From positions 31,502,437 through 31,566,436 of the forward strand of contig NC_092672.1 in assembly GCF_964355755.1 (NCBI RefSeq): a stretch of 64,000 nt of DNA, written 5' to 3'. Source of the DNA: Antedon mediterranea (lineage: Eukaryota; Animalia; Echinodermata). Made by a program: the position numbers and the translations under genes. How positions within the stretch are numbered: position 1 is the stretch's first letter; each line of letters starts with the position of its first letter. A model generated the notes under the pieces. It saw nothing but the letters and a program-made list of their open reading frames with translations. It searched no databases and was not told the DNA's origin. This document shows positions 1-14,795 of the stretch, one piece after another.

Positions 1-239
1 CCAAAAAAAATTCAGAAACTAAACCGATTTATGGAGGAAAGAGAGGGAGGTGAGAGAGAAAGGGAGGAGGAGAGGGTGAGAGAGGGAGGAGGAAGATGAG
101 AGAGGGAGGAGGAAGGAAGGAGGGGAGAGAGGTCCACATTTTTTAGTTAAATAAAATAAGAGAAAAAAAATGACTAGACTAGGTCCTACCACGCGAGTTT
201 GACTGCGAGTTGACTGCAATTATCCCAGTGCAGCAGAGT

Positions 240-468
240 TCATTTTTGGGGTCAAATTGAGACGCGATTGTTTTGCAGCTAAAAATTGCTCCATGGAAAC
301 CAGTTTCAGATTGGTTCTTTGCGATCGAGACCGGAATTAATTGGGGTTTTTTAAACCGTTTTTAAAATCGGTCCTTTTTTGTGGAGACCCATTTTTGCTG
401 GCAACAAAAAAACATTCTGTAAAAGAATAGTATTCAAAACCCTATTTTCTGGTCAATAGAAACAGGCC
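240..468. mobile_element. Right end of a Harbinger-like element (similar end at ~4040-4328)
   Basis: Terminal TAGAAACAGGCCC-TA and CAGAAACAGACCC-TA motifs. No partner TIR was seen in the window. Confidence 0.4.
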
Positions 469-1594
469 CTATGATATTGAAAAGGTTTATCATGATAACA
501 CTAGCATTGAAAATACATGACGACGACACCAGTATGATGGTATTTTATCTATTTATTCTAGCTCATTTCTTTCCACAACTGCTATTCAATTCATTAAATC
601 TAATTTAATTTTGCACATTAAATAGTCATTTAAATCCAATTACTAATATGAATAATCTATTACTTTAAAATTTCCTCTTAAAACATCAGTACTGATATAA
701 TTATGCAATATACGTACTGCATACAAATAGAATCAAAAGGAAATAGCAATTAAAAAAAACCTAATGATCAATTTACAATGGAAAAACCCATTTTACTCAT
801 TACCTCAAATAAAAACAGGAATTAAAAAAAAAAAACAAAAAAAAAACTATTGATCAAATTATAATGGTAAAATATATTTTTAAAAACTGTAAAAAATTTT
901 AATCATTACCTCCACCATTTTACTCATTACAAACTCACATTCACAAGGTTGTAGTGAAAGTAGCATATCACACTCAGCACTATAGTCACACACATTTTTT
1001 TTTAATGTCGTGGGAAATCTTATGTATGGGAATTATACTAATAGGCACTTTACTGTATATAGTTAATATTATATCCATTTTAACAACATATAAAAAACTA
1101 ACACTGTTTTACCTATTTAGGTTTTCCTAGTATCTGGTTTTGTTTTGATTTTGTGTTTCATTTTCTAATTATTTTATTATTATATAACTCTAATCAAGCA
1201 GAGGAGTCGAGCAGTTTAGTGAAGCACTGCAAACCTTAGCCATCAGCACTCATGGACCAATGCTCAAACATAATGCTAGAACAAGTCTTCTCGGATAAGG
1301 ACTTTGGCGTTTTTATGTTAATAAGTTTTTTCGAAAATCACAAAATGGTCTAAAACGTCTCCAAATGCGGGGTATTTATTTCATTCATTCATTTTACTTT
1401 TATTTCTGAAACAGATGTCCATAGTTACAAAATCAATTGCATAAATAAGTTTAAATAATAAAGATAGACACAAAAAAAACTGGTATCAGATCATCTCAGG
1501 ATCCTGGATGATTCAAATGATGATACCAAATACATTCTATCGTTTCATTTTTGCTAGCAGACATTCTCTGTAATAATAACAAAAATTATATAAC

Positions 1595-1900
1595 ACCTAT
1601 ATAAATTCCTGTCATTTGATTGGACGAATGTGGGTCACATGGCGTGCAATAGTACGCACTATTCAACGATCGTTAAATAGTACTTTTTGAAACATTTTTG
1701 TGTACGAAAAAAAAACGTCTAGATGTTATATAAAACAAATAATGAATGTTTTGTATTCGTGTAATGGTACAAATAATGGCACTTGGTGAATGATGAAAGG
1801 TTATATCAACTCGGCTTTGCCTCGTTGATATAACCTTTCATCATTCACCTCGTGCCATTATTTGTACCATTGCACTCATAAACATTCATTATTTGTATAC
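1595..1900. mobile_element. Crypton-like non-autonomous element with a long terminal hairpin (1735-1896)
   Basis: ~80-bp-arm hairpin closed by CAACTCGGC-TTT-GCCTCGTTG, with an upstream GATTGG..TCACATG motif. The family assignment rests on recalled resemblance. Confidence 0.6.
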
Positions 1901-4900
1901 TATAAAACATACCTTTAACAAGTATAAATCCAATATGACTTCACAACTTAAAATAAGATATTATAATATGTTCCAACACCTCTTCTCCACACAAAGAATA
2001 CACACAGCAGTATTGTAAAACATAGGATATAAAAATATCCACAAAGGAAATGATCTCTGTATTGACAATGTTGTCTGAACGGTGTGTGCTTTGAAGTAAA
2101 TGAAAGTTTCTAATGTAATATCTCAATTGACTTGTTATAAACAGCGGCAGTCAAATGAAACTGAAAGTGGATTTTCTATGAAAGACAATGTCATCAGCGA
2201 TGAAACTTTGTATTATATATTGTATAAAAATCACAGCAAAACACAAGATCAGTTCTGTATAGTTTAGGGCTGATGTGCATTTATTATCCACACTATAGGC
2301 TATAGTACAGTAAAGTGATGTGCCCTAATATAGTAGTGATATGACATCATTGTGTCCATATATGGGCACATCACATTTTTTTCGCACCCATTTAACAGTA
2401 ACAATAGATATTTATTGAATAGCATGTGACCCCCAAGCTGTCAATCAAATAAAAAGAATATATTCAGGTGTATTTTATGTATTCTGTACAATTTGAATTG
2501 ATGTATGCTTTACAATTTGTCAGAGACACTAGACTGGAAACTATAGTAACAATAATTTAAGAGATAATAGGTCTATAATATATATTTCTATATAAACACG
2601 ATTGCTACTACAGAATTCAAATGTGTTGTTTAATTTGGCATAAAGAATGTTATTGTTATACTGTAATATCGTGTTCCAATTATTTATTTGTCTCTTTTAT
2701 TCCAAATTATGGCAATTTTCTGAGATTTTTTTCAAGACTGTCTTATTTATTTTTTCAGTATTTTTCACAGTATTGGAAACCTATGCCTACTAGATGTTTC
2801 ATTTGATCAATTTATGCAAGTAAACATGTTGTTTTTTAATAAATTAAAAAACTAATAGTTGTGCAAGTAAAACAGGAGAAAATATAAAAGAAAAGACGAA
2901 ATGAAAGCACTCAGAAACTGAGTGAAGTACTTGGCAAAATATTGCCACAGGGGAAGCATATATGATATTTCAGCCCATGTTAAAAGAATACAAATTAAAT
3001 TTCTTATTTTTTTTATTAATGAAGTTATCAATGAACCAATTATCTTGAATTTCAATAGGAATGTTCTGTACAACCTAGTCTCTACACCGAAATATTCAGA
3101 ATGATAACATGAAAACTGTAGCCATGCTAACATACAAAGCAAAATTCTATTTTGCTAAATAGAACATTATTATCTCCAATCAGAAGTTTACAGGAGCTTG
3201 CAATCAAACACATAGAAATTGACATAAATATTAGCTTCCAATATAAATTTCCAACCAATAGGAGAAGAAGAATTAAAATTCATAAATTATTATATCATTG
3301 TTCATATAATTTCTTTAGACAATTTTATTTATTTATTTATTTAATATAAGGACAAAGAACTTTGTATATGATACTGAATGATGTAAACACAAAGACGAAA
3401 GTAATTAATTGCTCTAACCTATTTACATAGATTTGAATCAAAACTAGGCCTCATGAATAAAGAGGTTTTTCAAGTATTGTTGCAAAGGGCTTTGACTTTA
3501 AAAATTCTTAATTTTTTATCTTTTGTTATTTATTTGTTGTCATAAATAAAGGGGAAGGGGTATTCCTGAAGCTCTGTCTCTGTAACCTGCCCATATTTGG
3601 ACATGATGATGTAACAGTACCATATTTGGGTGTATCACTACCATTTTGGGGCACATGAAACTTTTTTTTGTCTAACTAGTTTGATAGTGTAGACAGAGCT
3701 TAAGAGACAATCTAGCTTCTTTTAGACCCTAGTAGTATATTTTACAGAATACAGTAAATTTTATTGAAAATGAATTGAAAACGTATTTGCCTTATTGATA
3801 TTATAAATGCTTTTCAAATATTGTATTTTATGCAGGTGATTAATTATAGAAGTTTGTCTTTAATTAGCTTAATTCATTGCTTCATAAAATATTTAAATAT
3901 CAGGGGCGGATCCAGGATTTTGTGAAAGCAACTGTAGAGAGTCCACACCAACTCAGCCCCACCATGGTTGGGGTTGAGAGGTCTTAAAAAAGAGAGGTCT
4001 TAATAGAGGTGTCCCCTGAATAAGCCTGAAAATAACGGTTAAAAACACACAAGTGCTTCGATGTTAGAACTGTATTTAACCGTTTGTTGCTGTGCAACTT
4101 TTGACTGCAACACAAAATAACGCTTATTTGATTGACAGCCTATGACCTTTTGTCAACTACACTGCAGCAACGTTTGAATTGAGCGCCAGTGACCATTGCA
4201 TTAAATGGTACTGCTGACCATCAACAACCACCCACTGATATAAACGGTTATTTAAGAGCAAAATTGAACAGAAATGCAGTCAAAATCTATTTAACTATTA
4301 TTTGGCGCTATGCAGCAGAAACAGACCCTATGCAGCAGAAAAAGACCCTATGAAGAAGACCCGAATTATGATTGAATTTTCAATAATACTTATTTGTTTC
4401 CTAAACACTATGGGAATACTATTAAGACAGCTGAATCAAATTCTAAACAATAAACATGTTCATAAGATGTCAAGCTTCATTATCAGTCAAACCTATAGTA
4501 TCAATCTCTGTTCAAATCAATTATAATATTTATATAGGGCAAAATAATTTGCTATTATTTTCACTTTCAGAGTTTAGTGAAACAAACACAAATCAGCTGT
4601 TATACATGTGTGTTTGATTGAAGTCGTTTGGTTTCAAATCTGAAGGCAAGGCCGTGTGAAAACTGTCTTATTCTATATTTTTGTATTGTCCATTTTTTGT
4701 CCCAGGAACTAGAAAAATCTGTCAATTTAACAATGGGAATTCAAAGATAGCTACGTACATAATTCACGTTTTATAATTGTAAAAAAATCTTGTTTGTGCC
4801 TTTTAAATATAAAATAGTTTCATTTCAGATTTGTGTTGTCTATTTGTTACACAATTTATAAAATCCGAATTTTAAAATATTGAAACATTCATTCAATTTT

Positions 4901-7182
4901 GATTGCAAGGTTATATTAAGTGGACACTTTTTGCTTTCCTCAGTTTCCTGTTAATACTCCAGCACATATTTTGGTTGGCATTGCTCCGCATTAAATGCAG
5001 TGACACTACATCTTGTAAAAAGCCAACCCTATTCAGGGGACACCTCTAAGGTGACACTTTTTGTTTCCCTCAGTACCATGTTACTACCACATATTTCAGT
5101 TCACTGCTGCATTTAATGCAGTGAACACCATATGACACTGTTTCATTTTCTATTTTGATTGCATCAAAGATTGTATCGAAGATTGTATCATGTAAGTTTC
5201 TGATTGATTGATCTGTTGTACGCAACATAACACAATAATTGTTTTTTTCAAGAAACAATAATTTTTTTGTCTATATTAATAATTCATATATAATCCCAGA
5301 CATTTAATCCTACAGAAATAATAAATATGAATATTATTTTTTAACTTTATGCTTTTTTAAATTTATTATAATACCACTAATTTCCAAAATAAAATTGTTA
5401 TAATAATTACTATAGTGTAGTATCATTTTGTTCATTATTGCAGTTTCAGAATAATTTTTTTTATACATACAATACTTGTAGTTCTATAGTATTAGTAAAG
5501 TCCCTAAAAAGTATTCTTTAATAATAGTTGGCTATAGTGTTAAAAACATATATTTTACTTTTTTTCCTTTCACCAGTATCTTTGTTTTATGATCGAAATG
5601 TTAAACTATGGTTTTATTCTTTAAATCAACATAAACCATATATAAAATGAGTAGCTTACCTTCTAAATAAAAAATATTGAGTAAACGCCTTCTTCTAACG
5701 TTAGCTTCATAGAATGGTTTGACCCTTACAAAATATCATCCCTTGATTTCCTGAAAGTAAGACATTTCAGAAATTAAAACTGAGTAATTAAGTGTTAATT
5801 GTAAAAAAAAACAATGCCATATGTCAGAATTTCTGAAACACAGTAAAATACAATAGAACCTCTATTAAGGGGACACTTCAAGGACCCAACAAATTGTCCC
5901 TTTTAATACGGGTACCCATATTCAGGGGACAGTACCACAACTAAAATTGTCTCCTTATAGGGATTTTCGCGGGAAAAAAACAAAAATCATTTATATGTAT
6001 AGTGAAAGGTTTAAAAAAAATTGAGAAGAATTGAAACTTTAGCAGACAATGTTTCATCAATATGAAACAATCTAGCAAGAGAAAGTATTATTTTATTATG
6101 ATATCCATTTTATAAAAAGAAATGCTATAAATGAATATAATTATTTGGTACTTTTTATGATGGAAAAAATGTTGTCCCCTTAATAATAGGGATGTCTTCT
6201 GTGTAGGGGTTAGCTGTAACGTATTTCCCCTCATTTCGCTGTAAACTGTCTCCTTAGCACTGGTATCTCCTGAATAGGGGTAACCCAAAGGAGCGTTTCT
6301 CCTGTAGTAATACATTTTTGTTAACCCTAGCAGGTACACATTTAAACCTGGATGGCAAACTTAAGTACAATTATTTCTTTCAAACTCTTGATCCAAGTCC
6401 AACGACTACAACACATATTGAGCTCTTCAGATTCAAACAAAGGAAAAGCAATATTTACATGAGTTCATATGACACAAAGGTTTCTTCATCAATAATAATT
6501 ACTTTAATTATTTTTTTCTAATTGACGACATATTTCTGAGTTGGAATGTGGGCCAATTGGCGTGGAAAGTAATTGATAACTGAAATATTTTATTCTGTAT
6601 GCATGCTCGCTTTGTAGTTTTTTATGGAATGCTAATTGTTATTAAGAAGGAATCCAGTTCATTGAGAAGTACCATTTAAAAAAAAAATTTTTATTCAATG
6701 GATAGATGGTTTATTTAAGAATTGTTAATAAATAATATAGTAAAAACCCCACAAACAATGTGTCCTTTTTTAAAAATTACTAATTACTAACTAATTTAAT
6801 AGGAAGGTTTAATAGATAATCTTCAACTTCAACTTTATTTTCCGAATAATATTTTTTGTTTTAAAATGATAAATAATATTACATTTTAAAATATAAGGAA
6901 GGAGCTAGAAAATAGTGTAAACACTAATCAAGTCCAGCCCCCCCCCCCCCCCTTTAACATAAATTATACTTAACTAAATTTTACAACTTAGGATTGTTCA
7001 TTGAGTAACACAGAGAATCCCTATTGAAAGGACACCTTCTTTACTTTTATACTTTACTTTTTATTAATAATTTTGAATTATGAGAAATAAAAAGCTTAAA
7101 ACCGATTTTCTCAAATTTTGGATTGGTTGGACATAATTTTGTTAAAGGCTTAAATGTAACCTATACAGGTAATTGTTTTATA

Positions 7183-7343
7183 TACAGTAGGACCCTTCGT
7201 TTGGGACACGCCTATTAAAGGAACCCTTCCCCATGATATGAATTTGAAATATATGTTTAAAAGTCAACCCATATACAGGGGACACCTCTATTAAGTCTCT
7301 TTTTTGGTCCCAAAGTTTTCTCCTTAGTAGGTGTGCTGCTGTA
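7183..7343. mobile_element. Tc1/mariner-type MITE family C (degenerate copies near 4000, 5030, 5850, 6170, 9560, 14970, 18860, 43980-44090, 44390-44600, 56680, 57320, 57950)
   Basis: TA-CAGTAG..CTG-TA ends and recurrent CCTCTATTAAGGGGACAC / GTGTCCCCTTAATAGAGG motifs. Confidence 0.65.
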
Positions 7344-8169
7344 CATTAAAAAAAACATCATTATCAATATCATTGTAACTATAACCTAAAATCTACAATA
7401 ATAATATTTATAATTTAAATTTTCAGAACAGAGGTATAAAACGACAACCATTTTTGTCTGTGCTGATGTTCACATCAAAAACGAGCCATTAGCTTTTCTT
7501 ACAAGAATTTCATACGTTCCAGTCAAGTATTTCCAAAAGATTGAATTTACTAATGACAATAATTATCCCAATTATGGATAGCCAGGGGAAATAAACCAAT
7601 GTTAACCTACGTCGATAAAACGAAGACTTAATATTCATTCATAAAAAAAATTCTACATTTATTGGGCCGTGAGATACTTCTTAATCACTAGGCTAGACAT
7701 ACAGTAATTAACAATCAATTATGAAAATTTAATATTTTCAAATCAAATAAACTACTCTATATAAAATTTTATGAAATAAAATTGACTTGTAATTTAATAT
7801 CTTTTTTAAAAATTTAATTTGTCTCCATAAAAATACAATTTACAAAATGTGGACAAGAACAAGAAAAAGCAGGAATCCTACAAAGTGAACTTAATCACTA
7901 TCTAGTAGGTCTCCTTTGCACTGGATAGTGATTAAGTTCTGTATTTGGTTGTTGATTTAACTAACTTTGTCATCTTTGTAATTGGTGATTTTTTTTTAAA
8001 TGCCTATAATACCCTGAAAATCAATAGACCAAATTCTATTAAAAGTACATTTGAAGAGTTCATATGTTTTTCTTATTCTAATAATATTCCGAAGAATTTA
8101 GAAGACTGGGAGGTTAAATATGTTCCCAAAATAAAAAAAAAATACAGATGAACCTTCTAAAAAATCAAC

Positions 8170-8860
8170 ATGCTTAGGTCAGGGAAGTTTCTGCGTATAT
8201 AGAAAGACGTCACCTACTAAGTGTGTCTGTTGGAGTTTCACTGTAAATCTAAACAATGACACCCCACAGTCCACAATATTTCAGCTTAAATACAAGAGGT
8301 GGTCTCTTACAAGGTGTTCACACAGAGAGGTTTAATTCTAATCCTAAAAATGAAACATCTTGAGGTTTAGAAAGTGTCTGCTTAAATACAGTATTGGTCC
8401 CTTACAAGATGTCCACAAAGGGAGGTAAAATTGTAATCCAAAAGGGGACACTTTGACATCAGTTACAAATGGTGTCCACACAGGAATGTTTCACTGTAAA
8501 TCCTAAAATTGGTCACCCCAAGATTCGAACATTGGCCTCTTATTCAAGAGGTGGTCACTTACAAAAGGTGGTCACTTACAATGTGTCCACACAGTTTCAC
8601 TGTCAATCATAAAATTGGGCATCCCCAGATTCAGACACTGGCCACATATATAAGTGGTCACTTACAAGAGGTGGTCCCTTATAAGAGGTCATCACTTACA
8701 AATAAAGTTTTTACTCAAGCAGGTTTAACTGTAACCTAAAAGAGAAAACTTGGACATCACTTACAAGACGTTCGCACAGAGAAATTTAACTGTGAATTCT
8801 AAAATTAGACACTGTGACGTCACCTACAAGACGTGTCCGCACAGTGAGGTTTAATTGTAT
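8170..8860. repeat. Degenerate tandem array derived from a mariner-MITE end
   Basis: Repeated GAGGTGGTCACTTACAAG..GGTTT(C/A)ACTGTAA.CCTAAAA units. Confidence 0.65.
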
Positions 8861-11800
8861 CAAATCTAATGACTTTAGCGCAAGGAGGAGGAGGGGGTGG
8901 GCTTGATTTTAAACTTTGAAAGGTTTTTGATATTTCTTAACCTGTGGTTTTTTTCACTTCATAATATTTTATGGTACATCTTTATTGTTTTCATCAATGC
9001 TATAAATATCTTTATTACGTAAACTTCATAAATCTTCTTGTATTAGTAATTAACAATCCGCAACAGCATCCAGTCATGATGACATAATTATTTTCAAATT
9101 ATCATCATAAGTAAAACTATTTTTATCTCAACCATCCTCCGCTGGAATGTATCAATGAGAGATGAAACCTTTGAACGTTGGTACAAAGCATCTGAGAGTC
9201 ATTGGCCTATGGATATCTTTCTTCTGAACAAAGACAAACCTGACTTACAATAATATCAACATCATCTAAAAATTTTTTTTTTTATAAACCAATCTGGGTA
9301 AATTTTTAAAATATGTGTCATAATCAATAAGATAACTGATTAATTAAACAATTACAAGTTTTTAAGGAAATTAAAGATGATAGCTGATTTGATTAATTTT
9401 GATACCATACAAATACAGTTACCGATAAAGATGAAACAAATAGCGCAATCATTTTGTTTGGTACCGGGGATAGCCCTCTAAATCCGCAAAAATGGATTTA
9501 CACCACTAAGGGTCATAACATTGTACAGTAGTAATATCCGTTCCTAAATCAATATTAATTTGTACAGTGGAACTCCTCTATTGGGAAACTCCTATTAAAG
9601 AGACATTTTCTCTTGAAACAAGTGCTAACAAGTTTTAAACCAATGGATATTTAGAGGATACCCCTATTAAGGGGACACTATGGGGTCCTGAAAAATGACC
9701 ATTAACCAAAGCTCTACTATTTAGTCAGATCATTTCTGCTGGCAGGAAACTGTTACTAAATTAATCTCAGACTATTATAATCTGTACTCACAGTAAAAAT
9801 AGGATTATAGGCATATTGACTTTTTTTAGCTCCCAATAAGCCTCCTAAACACATTCCATAAACATGGTTGAAATATCATTGAGTGTTGTTCTACTTGAAG
9901 CCAAGTAGTAGTATAAGAATATGTTTATTTGAGAAGAACTTTCAATAAACATTTTCAAGTAAACACAAGATTAAAAAGTATTTTATAAGAATGAATATTA
10001 AAATCTAGGTAAAGTGTGTTTTTATAAAATTCTAAGTACATAAATTGTACACTGTGTGATTCCTATCATATCATATATTATTATTATATAAATAATTTAT
10101 TTTGCCATATTATTAATAAAATGAGCATGAGGCAAGATTACCTAAATTCTATAAAAAAAAAACAGTCAAGAGACCACAAATAAATTACTTAATTAAGAGA
10201 AATATATATGAGAAAAAAACTAAAAGATAAATTATTCAAACCAACAGTGGTGTCGGTATGCGTACCACCTACCCGGATAAACTGACAATAGCCCATGCTC
10301 TCCAGAGGAGGCCTATAGATACACGAAAAGTTAAAAGTTCCTAGAGCAAAGATAAATAGATGATGCTAAATTTTTTCATAATTTTTATACAAATTATTAA
10401 TATTATTCTGTTTATTACTCTTTGAATCAGTCCTTATGATGCGAAAAAAAAGAATTATTGGAAGAATATCTGCATCAATAATAAATTAATAAAATCAATA
10501 TTCAATAATAATAAAAAAAACATAACATACTAGAAAAAAGATATATGTCTATTGTTTAGGTTTAAACCTCTGGGGATATAGCTATATTCAGAACTGTGGA
10601 TTGTTAATTAGCAAATATCTGTTGTCATTAAGACACAGTGTGATTTGATGACAAGTAATTGAAAAACAGTTTATTATAATTATTGTCATTATCAGGTATC
10701 TGATGATGATGCTATACAAAGGATTTGGTCAAATGATAATAATAATAATAATTTGTTTTTAATTGTGTTTAGTCCAGAGGACAATGTCTCAGATATAAAT
10801 ATAGAATTGTTGTCAGGTCTTAGAGATCCCTTCTGTCTGTACGTGGAAATACAAATTCAAATTCGTTATTGCAACAAAGTAAACATTGTTGAATTTACAA
10901 TATTAAAATAAAAATAAATAATTAAAAATACAAGTTCACATTATAAATCAAAATATATAAACTATAATGATAAAATGTTATTAAAAATAAATAAAAGGGC
11001 TGTGATCATGTGCTAAGTTACAAGTACAGAATAAAAATTATCTGCCGATCTAGCATTTTTTTTAATCGCTTTAAAAAAAATCATATTAAAGAGTACATAC
11101 AAAAATCTATACATGGTTAATCCAAACCATACAGATCTAAGCTATATCTAGGGTACTGTATGGCCTGTGTCATTAACCCTGATATAATCGTAATTTACCT
11201 TTGAGGTAAACCGAAATGTATATTATAACTCTGATGGACGTGACCGCAATTTTATTTGGATAAAGAAAAGAGAAAACTTTCGTAAAACTGTCCAGCTTGT
11301 TCTAGGAACATCAAAATAAAGATCTTTAGAGATAAATCTTTAGAAATAGGTATCTACCTTTCTACTTTTTTCAACAATGCTGAACATAAAGATAACAAAA
11401 TAAATTATTCCTATCTCTCTCCACTATTGCTCTGAAACCTCGACAAGCTGAAGGCAATAACAAGAATAACAAAATCCTGATTACCGAAAACAAATCAATG
11501 TCATCGATGAATAAGTATTGTGTCAAAACATTGACAGATTCATAATGACTCAAGCCATCTCAGACACGTATAATGATTTTCAAGGTACTTGGTTAAGAAA
11601 TACTAGGGAGGATAAGTTGGTATGGAAAGGAACTGGCCACCCTAATACATGTACTGTAAATGTGGGGGAATAACCTGTGACTTGCAGCCTAACTAGGCTG
11701 ATTTGCGCACAGGTGTAGACGACACATACAATAATTTTCTTCTCCCCTAAAAGGGTCCCTTCATGTTGAGTGCTGCCACCAAACTGTGCCTGTTCATCGG

Positions 11801-12154
11801 TCCACAACGACTGTCGGCACATAATGCAGAGGCTAATTTAATAGTACAATGATCTTTTAACAGCTCATTCCACCACGTTCAGAATGAAAACGGGACTTAC
11901 CAACCTCACTGTACTTTGAATTAAAGAGACATCTTATGGTGTTCTTTATTAGACCTAAGTGATGTACGATGACCATTTGTTTAATAATAATAATAATATT
12001 TATTCGGTCATCAATGTAAAAATAACCAGGAATGAGAATAGGCTAAAGCCCAAACAGATTCTGCACTCACTCCATAATACTACTTGAGTTTTACCATGAA
12101 ACAGTAATTTGTGAACTACCTTAGAAATGCATGAATTACAACATATTGAAAATC

Positions 12155-12610
12155 GAAGACAATATGAAATTAACAGCTCATTCTTGATTGGTGTTATAGA
12201 GCACTTTATAAGTATAGAATATATTAAATTAGCAGCTATACCCGATGGTGTGCTTACGACCAACTAGACAATATGAAATTAACAACAATTCTCAATGAAG
12301 ATATTGAAAGCACTCGCGAATTAATTTTCAAGTGACCTAGAAAAAAAATTCATACTGATAAAATACAGCAAAAGGTAATACAGTATGTGAACAGCTATTC
12401 TTGATGGGATGTTACAGAGCACTTTATAGGTAAACAATATATGAAATTAGCAGCTAATACTTGGAGGTCTATATGGAGCACTCAATTAAAAATATAAGAA
12501 ATTAACAGAATATTCCAAGGGGTACTAAGTAGCACTATAAAAGATGGACAATATATGGAATGAACAAGTTTTTTTGATGAAGATATTGAAAGTGTCTCGC
12601 TTCAGATGAC
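12155..12610. repeat. Degenerate ~60-bp tandem repeat
   Basis: Recurrent CAATATGAAATTAACAGCT..TTGAT.G..GAGCACT. Confidence 0.65.
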
Positions 12611-12731
12611 CTGAAGAGAAAATTGATAACCGATAGAAGACATCAAAAACCTGTCAAGCAATCATTTATTTGTCTTTTCCTTTTTCTTTAAAGGTTCTCA
12701 CAATTCCCTTTCCTTTTCTCCTAAGTATTAT

Positions 12732-12781
12732 CAGGGAGATGTAAAATAAATAATTTAAATAATTTATTTTACATCTCCCTG
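12732..12781. repeat. Perfect 20-bp-arm hairpin
   Basis: CAGGGAGATGTAAAATAAAT-N10-ATTTATTTTACATCTCCCTG. Confidence 0.85.
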
Positions 12782-13006
12782 CTATTATACCTCCTTTCTG
12801 CTATGCTTTCCCTTCTTGATAAACATCCTCTCTTTCTCTAAACATCCCTCATCTCAAAAGTTCATCATCCTTTATAAATATGCACCTTTTCTTCTTCCTC
12901 AGGATACCCTTCCTCTTCCATATCCTAAGCCATTCCTTACACCTAAGTACCCGCTTCCTATACACCTAAGTACCTGCTTCCTACATCTTTAACAACCCTT
13001 TCCTCC

Positions 13007-13240
13007 TTCCTAAGCACCCTATTTTTCTTCCTAACTATCTCTTCTCCATAAGCCTCTCCTTCCTAAGCACCCTATTTTTCTTCCTAACTACTGTATCCCT
13101 TCTCCATAAGCCTCTCCTTCCTAAGCACCCTATTTTCTTCCTAACTACTGTATCCCTACTCCATAAGCCTCTCCTTCCTAAGCACCCTATTTTTCTTCCT
13201 AACTATCCCTTCTCCATAAGCCTCTTTTTCCTAAGCACAC
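13007..13240. repeat. ~50-55-bp pyrimidine-rich minisatellite, 4+ units
   Basis: TTCCTAAGCACCCTATTTTTCTTCCTAACTA..CTCCATAAGCCTCTCC repeated. Confidence 0.92.
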
Positions 13241-13974
13241 AATTTCTTCTCCTGTCTGAATTCAAATAATTTTACACGTTATCAAACTCTAGCATGTATA
13301 CCTCGCGTGTTGACTGACAATCTAACCGTGACAGATCATATATCAGTTAACAGAATATAGAAAAAACATCTGCATAATAGAGAAGATAATGTTACAATAT
13401 ACAAACACCAGCAAATTTATACCTCAATAAAATGTTGCAATCAATAAAATAATAATAAAGTGTTTGTATGAGAAATATAATCAATAGAAAAGTTAGACAT
13501 TAGTAATGATATTAAAAATTACGTAATTACGGTAAACATCTGGATATCAAAGGTGAAGTTACTATTAGTGCTATATAATGCACTGTTACCAATAGAATGC
13601 TTTAAAGGCTTTACCACCCACAAATAAAAATGATTTGAAATGAATTGAATAGAATTTCAGCTCCTGTGTACACATTCAGTTTCTAGTATAAACTTAATTC
13701 AAATTTCAATATTCTCAAATTGTTAAAAAATGAACCTTGAAACCAGTGAGCAACCAATTGAAAATCCTTACAATAGCAGTAGAAGTAAACTCTCTTTTAA
13801 AATAGAAAACTCTTTTTTACTGTCGGTGCCTTTGATCTATTTTGGCATAATATCAATATTTGATTATTATAATTATTATACAATAACTGAGTCATAAACT
13901 ATATATTTATGAAAACTGTATACTTTGCATGAATTAAATTAGTATTATTTTTAACTTTAATGTAAAATTGAGTG

Positions 13975-14042
13975 TAATAATAATAATAATAATAAGATTT
14001 ATACAGTGCACATATCCACAAAAGTGCTCAAGGCGCTTAAAT
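13975..14042 (-). mobile_element. L2-like LINE/SINE 3' tail
   Basis: Minus strand reads AAGCGCCTTGAGCAC..GGATATGTGCACTGTATAAAT(TAT)n. Confidence 0.6.
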
Positions 14043-14599
14043 AGTGTACAAGTACAGTGGCCCCTATGTTTACTTGTGTTATGTATGTTTACATGATAAC
14101 ATCTACAATTTTTTAACTATTATCCTGAATATTCAATACATAACAATAGACTGTACTTATTGATTTTGGAGAAGATTGAATAATGCATTGGCGACGTTAA
14201 CACAAATCTGTAGATATCTGTATCTTCAATATGAGCTGAAATATCAAATTGCTTTGATATGTTTCTAAACGTTTCATTTTTTATATAATCAATAGGGGTT
14301 AATTTTGAGAGGTGCTGTTCGAGGAACACAGAAAGGTTGAAGTTTTTTTTTCGATCACTGAACCCGCAACATACCTATTTCAACTCTTTTCAGTAGAAAC
14401 CCTTGAGCAACTCAGCTAAAATGAAATTATAAACTACTTTTTGATATCTATATTTGACAGACTATTTCTAAACAAATATGGGAAATGTTTTAAAACTACA
14501 GCAAATCCTTATTCAGGGTTTATATATATATTTTTTATTATATTATTTGATTTTATTGTATATATTATATAACATTTATTCTGATATTATTATTATTTC

Positions 14600-14795
14600 T
14601 TTTTTTCTCATACACATCCAACAGCGAGCATAAACTCCCCAATTATAATTTATCATGCTTATAAAGTCTCAATTGAGGCTTAGGAAGTGGAGTTTAAAGA
14701 GTCGTGAGTTACAACCCTGGCACTAGGTCAGGATTGAACCTGGACCTTGGGATTGGAAGGCAAGCACATTAACCACCAAGATACAGCTCCACTAC
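14600..14795 (-). mobile_element. tRNA-derived SINE (second copy 56043-56245 +)
   Basis: A-box-like TTGGTGGTTAA and B box GGTTCAATCC. The two dispersed copies align over ~190 bp. Confidence 0.75.
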
